64,000 nt of DNA from a virus: positions 32,001 through 96,000 of the IMG/VR virus record IMGVR_UViG_3300040856_003274; one strand, given 5' to 3'. The position numbers were made by a program, and so were the translations under genes. The notes under the pieces were generated by a model. It was not told where the DNA came from. It was given only the letters and a program-made list of their open reading frames with translations, and did not search any database. Position 1 is the first letter of the stretch, and every line of letters begins with the position of its first letter. Positions 39,701 through 48,700 of this stretch are shown piece after piece.

Positions 39701-39856
39701 ATGTCTGTACTGTATAAAAACTGGACTGTCCACAACCTGATCGCTCACCCTTTGAGCGAGATCATTTGGCTCATCACCTTTGGCAAGGGTGAGAAGCTCT
39801 CTAACTATGTTCACGACGTAACCCTGCCCGCTAACCATGAGAACGGAAGAGGCTAA
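39701..39856 (+). CDS. 51-aa small protein (not in the ORF track)
   Basis: MSVLYKNWTVHNLIAHPLSEIIWLITFGKGEKLSNYVHDVTLPANHENGRG fills the gap between neighbours. Confidence 0.6.
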   Translation: MSVLYKNWTVHNLIAHPLSEIIWLITFGKGEKLSNYVHDVTLPANHENGRG

Positions 39857-39861
39857 TCAGC

Positions 39862-40329
39862 ATGAAGATTAACGACCTAAAACAAGGCTTCGCTCAGCGC
39901 GTAAAGTCACACATTAATAATCTAGATGACCTGCTCTCTGATGCTTCAGTGAAAGGCGACCATCGCGAGGTCGCGAGACTGTTTCATGAGAGCGTCGTTG
40001 CAGAGAACCTTCTAGAGTGTCTAGAGGGGGAAGACTTGAACAAAGACCATGTGAAGGTCATCGTCTATCCCTCTGACGCTAAGTCTACACCCTCTGTCCG
40101 TAAGGTGAAGACAAGACATGAGATTGGCCTCATTGTGGGAGGTAGCTTAGAGCTTGCCAAGTTTAACGCGAACAGCTTCAGCGTCATCATCAACGGAGAC
40201 GCTAAGAAATCTGTAAAGTTGAAAGGATTAGGTTTGTCCTATACCGCTCACCCCAACCCCTACTTGCCCCCCTATCGAGGCACTGTCGTGATGGTGTCTA
40301 ACGATTGGGAGAAACTACCTTTAAAATGA
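39862..40329 (+). CDS. Hypothetical protein
   Basis: 155 aa, operonic. Confidence 0.6.
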   Translation: MKINDLKQGFAQRVKSHINNLDDLLSDASVKGDHREVARLFHESVVAENLLECLEGEDLNKDHVKVIVYPSDAKSTPSVRKVKTRHEIGLIVGGSLELAKFNANSFSVIINGDAKKSVKLKGLGLSYTAHPNPYLPPYRGTVVMVSNDWEKLPLK

Positions 40330-40766
40330 GCCTCTCTCAAGGTGAACGTAATCTCGTTCACCTAGCGTTACAAGGAGGGATACCTTCTTTTAACATCGAG
40401 CTCCCCGAAGACGTGACTTTTTGGCACTACGCTAGCTCTCTTGAAGTGCGTCGTCACGGTGAGCGGGTGCTCACGGTACGTGATTTTGATGAAGCGCACT
40501 TGATGCTAATCTTACAAGGTAGAGCATGGAAGGATGCTACGCTCGGAGTTTTAGACCTCGCACAAATCTTCGCCCAAGGCTTCTCCCTCTCTCTGAAGAG
40601 AACAGCAGAAGGGACTGCCCTTGGAGTCTCAGCTCCTCCTCCATTAAAAGGCACTGCTCCCCCTTTGAAGAAGAGCGTCCTCTTGTCTCATGTAGAGAGT
40701 GAGGGCTACTCTCTCCTTGTACGTAAGCGAACCCTCGCGAGTCTCCTCACCCGCACCTGCCAATAA
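40326..40766 (+). CDS. Hypothetical protein
   Basis: ATGA overlap with the previous gene. Confidence 0.6.
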   Translation: MSLSQGERNLVHLALQGGIPSFNIELPEDVTFWHYASSLEVRRHGERVLTVRDFDEAHLMLILQGRAWKDATLGVLDLAQIFAQGFSLSLKRTAEGTALGVSAPPPLKGTAPPLKKSVLLSHVESEGYSLLVRKRTLASLLTRTCQ

Positions 40767-40796
40767 GAAAAGCCCGGGCGCTCGCCTGTAATATTA

Positions 40797-40860
40797 CTCC
40801 CGACAGAAAACCCCCTCACCGCCCAACCCGTCTAGGACAGGTGGGAGGTGAGGGGGTCAT
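40797..40860 (-). terminator. Island-terminal hairpin ending TTTTCTGTCGGGAG
   Basis: CCCCCTCACC...GGTGAGGGGG stem downstream of the vWA gene. Confidence 0.7.
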
Positions 40861-40909
40861 CAAACCAAGAGCAGGTTGTCGTCGTCAGCGCGTCAGCGCG
40901 TCTCAAGTC

Positions 40910-43006
40910 TCAGAGACGCGACTTGATCAGTGCGATGAGCACCTTAGCAAAACCCTCAAAGGGCAACGCGAGGCTGTCATCACCGAAGAGGTTCTGAAGT
41001 GTCGAGAGGGCGATGCCTGAGCCTAAGCCGACACCTACCACAATAACACCCTTTTCCCTCGCCCTTCTGACCATATAGCGCGTGGGTGCTTGGTGGTCAC
41101 CGTTTGCGGCTCCATCTGTTAGCACCAACAACACTTTGTGTGTCGCGTCTTGGGCGTAGAGCCCATTATTCGCTTCACCGTATAGTGCATAGTAGATGCC
41201 ATCAGCCGTGGGAGTGCCACCGTTCGCATACACCTCAGAGCAACGGCGCTTTGAGGTGAGGTCCCATTTTTCACTGAACCGCTTGTGGTAGCGGATAGTG
41301 GCCTCACAACGGCGCGTGTAATGATCACGCGTGCCGTAAAATGATCCACACATGAACGCGAGAGCCTCAGTACGCGCACCTATTGCGCTGAACGCATCCA
41401 TCAGTGCATACAGTCCTGAAGCGGTTGGCGAGGTGTGACCATCCATACTAGATGAACCGTCCACAACCACGCTAAGCGCGATGTTTGGCTTGATGATGTC
41501 AACGTCTTTTCGCATAGGGCGCGTAGGAACGACACCTTGGCTAAGCTCAACCTTCGACGGTACGAGTCTCCGGGTCGATAACTTCCCGCGCTTCGTACCA
41601 TGCCTAGTCTCACGGCGGAAGCCGAGAAACAATCGGTTGAGCTCCCGCTTCGCTGACCCGCTCTCTGCGCTCGCACGCTGAGATACTTGACACTGAATAA
41701 AAGTGGGCGCGACGTGCGCGTCACGCACGTCATCATCCTCATACGAGAAAGGTTGATATTGCTCCTCGTCAGCTTTCAACTCCGCTTGAGCTTCGTTGAT
41801 TTTTGAGTCAACAACATCTGTCCAATCAGGCTGAGAGATGTCCCAATCGTCCTCAAAGGGGCGAGGTTGTGGGTCATCAGACCCTCCCCCTATCCCCCCT
41901 TCAGAGTCAGAGTCACTGTCAGAGTCAGAGTCACTGTCAGAGTCACTGTCAGAGTCACCCTTTGAGTCACTGTCAGAGTCAGAGTCACTGTCAGAGTCAC
42001 TGTCAGAGTCACTGTCAGAGTCACCCTTTGAGTCACCCTTTGAGTCACCCTTTGAGTCACCCTTTGAGTCACCCTTTGTTGAGTCATCGTCGCTAGGTTG
42101 TGGATCACCTCCGCCTTGTTGATCAGACTCTTCACCTCCACCGCCACCACCTCCACCGCCACCCGTAGGAGGCTTAGGGGGGGGAGTCAGCGCGAGGTCA
42201 CGAGCGAGATCAAGCGCGATAATCCAAGGCATCCACTGATCACGCTCAGTCTTACCTCCGAGTGCATGGCAACGCGCCACGTACTCGTCAAGTTTAGGCC
42301 AAGCGTGTACCAACGGGTGATACTCAGTCAGCGCCTTAACTTGCTTAGGTGTCTGATAACCGAACCCTTTGTCTCTGATGAGGAAAAAGATGCTCTGCAC
42401 AAAAGCAGTGCGGTCATTCTCAGTCTCGATCTTCTGATAATGGGAAGACCGAGCGGTCGTTTCCATATCATACAATGAGTCTGCGAGCGCCTCAAGAGTG
42501 AGTCGCGCCCCTGGGAAGGTGGCGCATCCGAACCGCTCGATCCTAATGTCCTCGATGATGTTAGTCATCGACTGTAGCTGACTCTCAAGGCCAACATAGT
42601 TAAAGCCTTTCATCTTAGCCTCTGTCTCAGCTACGACCCAATCGGGTACGGAGCCGAGAGCAGAGAGCAGACTATGAAGCGCCTCATGTGTCGCTCCTCC
42701 GCGTAGGTAGAGCTCCACCTGAGCATTAACCTCTTCAGGAGTCGAAGCGATTGTCACCATCGGTGACACAGAGCCAATGCGACTATCCGCGTAGAGCTTA
42801 GCATCGGTAACCGACGCTTTGCGTGTGCAGATCGCATGAGTGAAAAATCGCATTGTCCAAGCATTCCTGTTGGAGTAGGACGAACCTTGACTCCTGATGG
42901 TCGGTGTGATCGCGTCTGAGTTATGCAAAATACTGATCAGGGTCTGTCGATGCGCTTGGCGCACAACAAACCCGCTTTTGGTTTTGTTTCGAGTTATCGC
43001 TTTCAT
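40910..43006 (-). CDS. CobT-like metallopeptidase-fold + acidic linker + vWA domain protein
   Basis: THEALHS...NIIEDIRIE; (DS)n linker; MIDAS VVDGSSSM, GGTPT, VLTDG. ATG 43006 lies downstream of the promoter box. Confidence 0.85.
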   Translation of the reverse strand: MKAITRNKTKSGFVVRQAHRQTLISILHNSDAITPTIRSQGSSYSNRNAWTMRFFTHAICTRKASVTDAKLYADSRIGSVSPMVTIASTPEEVNAQVELYLRGGATHEALHSLLSALGSVPDWVVAETEAKMKGFNYVGLESQLQSMTNIIEDIRIERFGCATFPGARLTLEALADSLYDMETTARSSHYQKIETENDRTAFVQSIFFLIRDKGFGYQTPKQVKALTEYHPLVHAWPKLDEYVARCHALGGKTERDQWMPWIIALDLARDLALTPPPKPPTGGGGGGGGGGEESDQQGGGDPQPSDDDSTKGDSKGDSKGDSKGDSKGDSDSDSDSDSDSDSDSDSDSKGDSDSDSDSDSDSDSDSDSEGGIGGGSDDPQPRPFEDDWDISQPDWTDVVDSKINEAQAELKADEEQYQPFSYEDDDVRDAHVAPTFIQCQVSQRASAESGSAKRELNRLFLGFRRETRHGTKRGKLSTRRLVPSKVELSQGVVPTRPMRKDVDIIKPNIALSVVVDGSSSMDGHTSPTASGLYALMDAFSAIGARTEALAFMCGSFYGTRDHYTRRCEATIRYHKRFSEKWDLTSKRRCSEVYANGGTPTADGIYYALYGEANNGLYAQDATHKVLLVLTDGAANGDHQAPTRYMVRRAREKGVIVVGVGLGSGIALSTLQNLFGDDSLALPFEGFAKVLIALIKSRL
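41898..42085 (-). repeat. Coding DS/KGDS low-complexity repeat
   Basis: GAGTCACTGTCA and GAGTCACCCTTT 12-bp units on the + strand. Confidence 0.9.
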
Positions 43007-43080
43007 GCGGATATCCCTTTGGTCAAAAGGCTCAGAGAGCCTGTTAAAACATGGGGAGCGAGCGCCCCCCTTACCTACAC

Positions 43081-43104
43081 TACGGATTACTTTTTTCCCC
43101 CGAC
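43081..43104 (-). promoter_or_regulatory. 24-bp conserved promoter-like box
   Basis: Exact copy upstream of the vWA gene. Confidence 0.8.
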
Positions 43105-43166
43105 ATTTGACTCTATAAGGTCGCCTGCGCCTAGCGTTATACGCGGGCGCTTGCGCCCGTGTAGGG

Positions 43167-43211
43167 ACGTATAGAATTGGCAATGGGATTTGGTGTCTGA
43201 ATTCTATACGT
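43167..43211. promoter_or_regulatory. Central inverted-repeat hub (core in reverse orientation)
   Basis: ACGTATAGAATT-N21-AATTCTATACGT. Confidence 0.8.
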
Positions 43212-43355
43212 GGTGGGAGGGGTCGGGCTCGCGTGTGTGGGTGTAATGTGCGGGTAATGTTACGCGCTATGCGAGCTCGCGAGCTCGCGCTACCTTAGGC
43301 GCTGGCTCGCGAGTCTGTATGCGAGCCCGTAATGTTACACCTACACACGGCTAAT

Positions 43356-43379
43356 GTCGGGGGAAAAAAGTAATCCGTA
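43356..43379 (+). promoter_or_regulatory. 24-bp conserved promoter-like box
   Basis: Exact copy; first of a tandem pair. Confidence 0.8.
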
Positions 43380-43461
43380 ATGTTAGTAAAGGGAGCGGGT
43401 AGCTGACCTACCGCTAACAAGGCGTTTGTGCTAGTCTTAGGGCTAACATTAGCGTTACGTT

Positions 43462-43485
43462 GTCGGGGGAAAAAAGTAATCCGTA
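43462..43485 (+). promoter_or_regulatory. 24-bp conserved promoter-like box
   Basis: Exact copy 106 bp after the previous one. Confidence 0.8.
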
Positions 43486-43567
43486 ACCTTATCAGATGGG
43501 AGGCACTACGCTTCCCTTGTTTCACTGTGCTCTCTCAGAGAGAGCCCTTAAACTTTAAGGAGTATAC

Positions 43568-44617
43568 ATGAGTAAGCATGTATGTCCGTTCTGTAACTCT
43601 CGCGTCAACACTACCCGCAACTGTTGCGATAGCATGAAAGCTGTCCGTGACAGCATGGTTGAAGGAATCAAGAGAGCGCCTCTTCAAGAGGCGCTTTTTG
43701 GCGTTCCTTTGAGCGTCAACCAAACGGCCTACTCCCAAGAGGAGTTGCTCCCGTTCGATCCGCACTTTCAGCTTCCCCGTCAAGGGACACCCGCGTGGAC
43801 TTCTATGCGGAGGGTCGTAAAGGCTTGGGAGTCTAACAAGCCCTTCGTCGTAACGGGAGGCATGGGGCGCAGTAAAGACGCGATCCTCGGATTGCTCAGT
43901 AACCTCACCAATAGGCCGTGTCTTCTCATTAGCTGTGCTCGCTCAACCGATATTGAGGGATTCCTCTATACTCTCGGCTTCAACGCAGAGGGTACTAGCT
44001 ACTCTTATGGGGCTTTATGGAAGGCCCTCACAGAGGGGCATCCCCGAACGGGGGAGCCAATGGTGATCGTCTTAACAGATTTCGACAGGATGAGCCCTGA
44101 TCAGCTCGAAAGGTTTCGCATGATCCTTGATACGACCGCAGGGCGCATTAATGCTCCCGATGGTCGCATCGTGCCTATCAAGCCAGGTACTCTCATTTGC
44201 GCTACCGCTAACTCGGTTGGTAGTGGCGCGGAAGGGTATGTTTGCGAGGTCATTGATGAGTCTATGAAAGACCGCTTTGCGCGGTTCATCGAGGCTGAAG
44301 CGATGGACTCCACAGACAGGGCGCGTATATGCTGTGAGCGTTACTCAGCGCCCACAGAGTGGGTTGAGCCTATCGCAAACTGTCTCAGTGCTCTTGAGTC
44401 TAGTATAGCTCAAGAGGCGCTAGAGTCATTCAATGACTTCAGCTTCCGCGCAACCTCAGCATGGGTCGAGAGCGCTATGCAGGAGCTTGAGCTAGGGAGT
44501 GGGCAACCGCTCCGTGACGCGCTTTTCGATGTCCTCGACAAGCGCGAGCCCGAAGTGAAGCAAAAGATCGAAAACTTATTCGATCCTCACCTCCCTCGCG
44601 ATCCCGCAGGGAGCTGA
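43568..44617 (+). CDS. MoxR/CbbQ-like AAA+ ATPase with atypical Walker motifs
   Basis: VTGGMGRSKD (Walker A-like), IVLTDFDR (Walker B-like), ATANSVG, IDESMKDRF, FSFR; AAGGAG RBS. Confidence 0.8.
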   Translation: MSKHVCPFCNSRVNTTRNCCDSMKAVRDSMVEGIKRAPLQEALFGVPLSVNQTAYSQEELLPFDPHFQLPRQGTPAWTSMRRVVKAWESNKPFVVTGGMGRSKDAILGLLSNLTNRPCLLISCARSTDIEGFLYTLGFNAEGTSYSYGALWKALTEGHPRTGEPMVIVLTDFDRMSPDQLERFRMILDTTAGRINAPDGRIVPIKPGTLICATANSVGSGAEGYVCEVIDESMKDRFARFIEAEAMDSTDRARICCERYSAPTEWVEPIANCLSALESSIAQEALESFNDFSFRATSAWVESAMQELELGSGQPLRDALFDVLDKREPEVKQKIENLFDPHLPRDPAGS

Positions 44618-44662
44618 GACGCTGACTGAGACGCTGACTGAGACGCTGACTGAGACGCTGAG
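44614..44662 (+). repeat. 12-bp tandem repeat CTGAGACGCTGA x4
   Basis: Begins at the AAA stop codon. Confidence 0.85.
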
Positions 44663-44665
44663 ATT

Positions 44666-44730
44666 ACAGAACGGTTGAGAGCCCCCCTTCCTGCGCTTGC
44701 GTAGGTCGGGGGGCTTCTCTGTCGGGAGTA
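44666..44730 (+). terminator. Island-terminal hairpin ending TCTGTCGGGAG
   Basis: AGCCCCCC...GGGGGGCT stem followed by TCTCTGTCGGGAG. Confidence 0.65.
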
Positions 44731-44733
44731 ATC

Positions 44734-44788
44734 CCCTAACCTTAAGCCCTAACCTTAAGCCCTAACCTTAAGCCCTAACCTTAAGCCC
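44734..44788 (+). repeat. 13-bp tandem repeat CCCTAACCTTAAG x4
   Basis: Read directly. Confidence 0.9.
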
Positions 44789-45032
44789 CTTGCTCGCCTC
44801 CTCTGTGGAGGTCAGCAAGGGGCTTTCCTATACGGACTACTACCTAAAATCTGTATGAGGGTCGGGTCTGAGGTGGCTAGGTGAGGTGTGCGATTGCCTA
44901 GCCACTATGAGCACTTAGCCCCTAGAGCTTTTTGTGCTTATTTGCAAGCGAGGCGAACGAAACATGAGGGCTAGTGTGTATAGGAGATAGCAGGTGGCAA
45001 TCAGGCCACCGCTTCGACACAGGAGACAGCCC

Positions 45033-45647
45033 ATGAAGGCTACCCTAACTAAGTGCGAGCGTTTCGGCGCTGACCATAAGATGATTGATCACGGCTTCAG
45101 TAAGTACGCGATGCCAAGGCTCGGCACAGATGAGCAAGGTTCGCCCGTGGTGGTCTTACAGGTGTGGGATTACGATAACCCTATCCGTGAAGAGCAGATA
45201 CACCTCACACATCATGAGGTCGAGAGCGTGTCTCTCAGCAAGGGCCACGGCTCTTACTCAGAGGAGGGAGTCACGGCACACTATGCAGAGTGGACGTACA
45301 CGCTGACACTCACAGAAGAGGCGGGCTATGTTGTCTTAAAGGGAGTGGGTGATGAGATGGTGTTCATCTCTTGGACTGCGCTTTATGGAGACGGTCAGCG
45401 GAGCTTCCAAGACCAAGAGGGCAACGCGGTTATGTGGAGCGCGGGAGGCTTTCATGAAGAGCTCCCCTCGGTGGAGGATGAGGCTAGGGCGCTGGCGCGT
45501 CGGCTTAACCCGCTCACCGATCTTGACCTCATCTCTAGCCTCCGTGGTCTTTGGGAGCGCAAGCAAGGGTTGCGTCACCAAGCCTGCGACATACTACGCA
45601 AGGGGACTGCTAAGCTCCTCTTTGATGGTAAGCCACCTGAGGTCTAA
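45033..45647 (+). CDS. Hypothetical protein
   Basis: AGGAG RBS before ATG 45033. Confidence 0.65.
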   Translation: MKATLTKCERFGADHKMIDHGFSKYAMPRLGTDEQGSPVVVLQVWDYDNPIREEQIHLTHHEVESVSLSKGHGSYSEEGVTAHYAEWTYTLTLTEEAGYVVLKGVGDEMVFISWTALYGDGQRSFQDQEGNAVMWSAGGFHEELPSVEDEARALARRLNPLTDLDLISSLRGLWERKQGLRHQACDILRKGTAKLLFDGKPPEV

Positions 45648-45648
45648 T

Positions 45649-45792
45649 CTCTCGGAGCGTCAGCTCTCGGAGCGTCAGCTCTCGGAGCGTCAGCTCTCGG
45701 AGCGCCTGCTCTCGGAGCGTCAGCTCTCGGAGCGTCAGCTCTCGGAGCGCCTGCTCTCGGAGCGCCTGCTCTCGGAGCGTCAGCTCTCGGAG
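45649..45792 (+). repeat. 15-bp tandem repeat CTCTCGGAGCG(TCAG/CCTG) x9.5
   Basis: Read directly; starts just after the 45647 stop. Confidence 0.92.
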
Positions 45793-45799
45793 GATTTCT

Positions 45800-48700
45800 T
45801 ACTGTCTAAAATCTGTATGGGGGGTCGCGGGTGCAGGTACGGGGGAGGAGGTTGGAGGTACTCATACACTCGCGAGGCTGAGGAGGTCTTGAGGTTGAAG
45901 GCGCTCATACACTCGCGAGGCTAGACCGCTTGAGGCTTGGGAGTGTTCATACAAGTAGAGAGTGTGGCTACCTTGTGGAGGTGCTCATACAGAGGTGGCG
46001 GGTGGCGGGTGGAGCTAGACTGTGAGAGTGTTCATACAGAGAGGGAAGAGGAGGAGGGGAAGATGGAGGCACTCATACAGAGAAGGTGAGGGGAGGGGGA
46101 AGGTGGAGGCACTCATACAGAGAGGGAAGAGGAGGAGGGGAAGATGGAGGCACTCATACAGAGAGGGAAGAGGAGGGGGAAGGTGGAGGCACTCATACAG
46201 AGAGGGTGAGGGGAGGCTTCGGTGAGGGTGTTCATACAGAGGCGGTGGGCGAGGGTGAGGTTGGGTGAGGTTGGGTGAGAGTGTTCATACATTACTCTCT
46301 TCAGTCCTCCAAGACGTGTGGGTGCTCATACAGAGTAGAGGAGGACGAGCTACCCGCTGACCTTAGGGAACAGGGGAGAGGGAGGAGGGGGAGAGGGGGT
46401 CGCGTATGTGAGGTGTAGGTGTTCATACTCGCACGCGTACAACGCTCAACGCTCAACGGTTGACCTTAGGGAACAGGGGAGGTGGTGCAACCCTCAACGC
46501 TCAACGGTTGACCTTAGGGAACACACCCAATAACGCTCAACGGTCGCAACGCTCAACGGTATGTGTTGACGCTAGGGAATGAGCACAACCTCCAACGCTA
46601 ACATTAGATGTGGGTGTTCATACATACGCGAAGCCGTGGCTCTGTATGAGTTGACCTTAGGGAACAGCAGAGAAGCTAGAGGCGCGTTGACCCTGTAGCA
46701 TTAGGTGTGGGTGTTCATACAGAGGCTGGCTAAAATCTGTAACGCGTGCGCGTATGCGCCATGTGCGCCTGACCCTCAACGCTATAAGTTGACCTTAGGG
46801 AACAGGTGACCGCCTGAGTAGTTGAGCTAGAGGTCAGGTGAGGACTCGGCCCTGTAATATTAGATGTGAGCGTTCATACAGGGTGGGGGGGCTGTGGTGA
46901 TCTCGCATAGCCTTGTGTGACGTTAGGGAATGGAGAGGGCTCAACCCTAACATTAGATGTGGGCGTTCATACAAGGTGGGGGGCTAGGCGCGTGAGCCAG
47001 CTTGACATTAGGGAATGGGAGGAGGTGAGAGGGCCTCTCAATCAATCAACGACAAAGCCCTCTCATGTACAGGTTCTAGCCAGGCAGGTTTTCCAACACC
47101 GCGCTTAACGAGTCTTTAGAACCTGTATAGCGCACAAGAGAGGCTCGGTCGCCTCTCAAAATCGGCTGAGCTAGAGTAGTTTAAGTGGGGACATTCATAC
47201 ACGCGTGTGTCTCAAAAGCCCCATTTTACGGCACTTAGGAAGTTGCCGATTTTGATAGGATGAGCGAGGCGAGGGCTAGAGAGGCTCAAAAGGGGCTCAG
47301 AGAAGGCTCTAATGTTATGTAGGTGTTCATATAACGAGGGGTGGGCGGGTGCGGTGAGTGAGGCGCGAGTGGAGGTGGCGCGAGGGTAACCCTAATAACC
47401 TACTTAGAACCTGTACAGGCTGTGGTGGGGTGTAGCTGAGCTGAGCCGAGACACGCTGACGTTAGGGAACAGGTTATGGCTTACTGAGCCTGTGGAGGCT
47501 GACATTAGATGTGGGCGTTCATACAGACAGGGTGTTTAGAACCTGTAGCGCGGAGGCGAGCTCTCGCCTCTTACTGACTCGCTCAACACTATGAGCTGAC
47601 GTTAGGGAATGGGTAGCGGGCTTGAGCTGAGCTTGGGCCTAACTGAGTCTGACATTAGGGAACAGTTGGGCGGGAGGGGTCGGTGGCGACCCTAACGTTA
47701 GATGTGGGCGTTCATACTACTCTTTATCTAAAATCTGTATTAGGGGGTTCGGGCGCATCTGTAGAGGCGGGCTCTCGTATGTGTTGACGTTAGGGAACAT
47801 CTAGACAGGGGGCAGAGCTGAGAGCAGACACGCTCAGCCCAACTCGCAATATTAGATGTGGGCGTTCATATAATGAGCGGTGGGCTGGTTGGGCTCACTC
47901 CTTGTACACTTGACGTTAGGGAACAGCTCGCTTGTCTTGAGCGCCCCGCGCCACCTCTCGCTCCTATGTGATGTGGGCGTTCATACAGACAGGCGGGGCT
48001 CGCCCTTAAGACACGCTCCTTGACATTAGGGAACAGGGAGACAGGTTGCGCTCTCTCCTGTCACGCTCTGAGACACCTTGACTCGTTCGCTCAAGGCTAC
48101 TAGAACCCGTATAGTTAGAACCTGTATAGGTCGCGCTCAGCCTCTCTGCTTGAGCCTTGAGCAGGGCTCTAGTGGGTGGATGATGGGGACATTCATACAC
48201 GCGTGGGGGGCTCAAAAGCCCCAAAATAGGGCTCAAAATGGTTGCCGTCTTTGATAGAGAGGCGTTTTGCCCCCTCTGAGCCTCTCTCTGAGCCCTCTAG
48301 CGGTAGCTGTTATAGGTATTCATATAAGAGTGGTGGCTGTGAGGCTGAGCGAGCTTGCGCAGGCTCGCGTGGAGTCTCCTAGTGCTTCCGCGAGCTGTCG
48401 AGAGAGACGCGAGGGTGACCCACCCGTTGGCTTGACGTTAGGGAATGGGCAGAGGCTATTTAGAACCTGTATGATGAGCAAGCACCCGCCCTCTGACATG
48501 ATGTCGGTATTCATATAATGAGCGGTGAGCCCCGCCTCGCCTCCCTAACCTTAGTTTGACATTAGGGAACAGTGGGCGAGGGTGGGCGAGGCGGCACAGC
48601 ACCCCTAATGTCATGTCGGCGTTCATATAGCGAGCGGTGGGCTGTCTCCTTCAAGGCAAGCTGGCTTGACGTTAGGGAATGGTAACGGGAGCTGACCTTG

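Noticed and set aside
43007-43183. N-terminal extension of the vWA ORF in the track
   Set aside because: It runs through the promoter box and hub; ATG 43006 with an upstream purine-rich RBS fits better. Likewise SOD (37882), pckA (59891) and 63149 were shortened.
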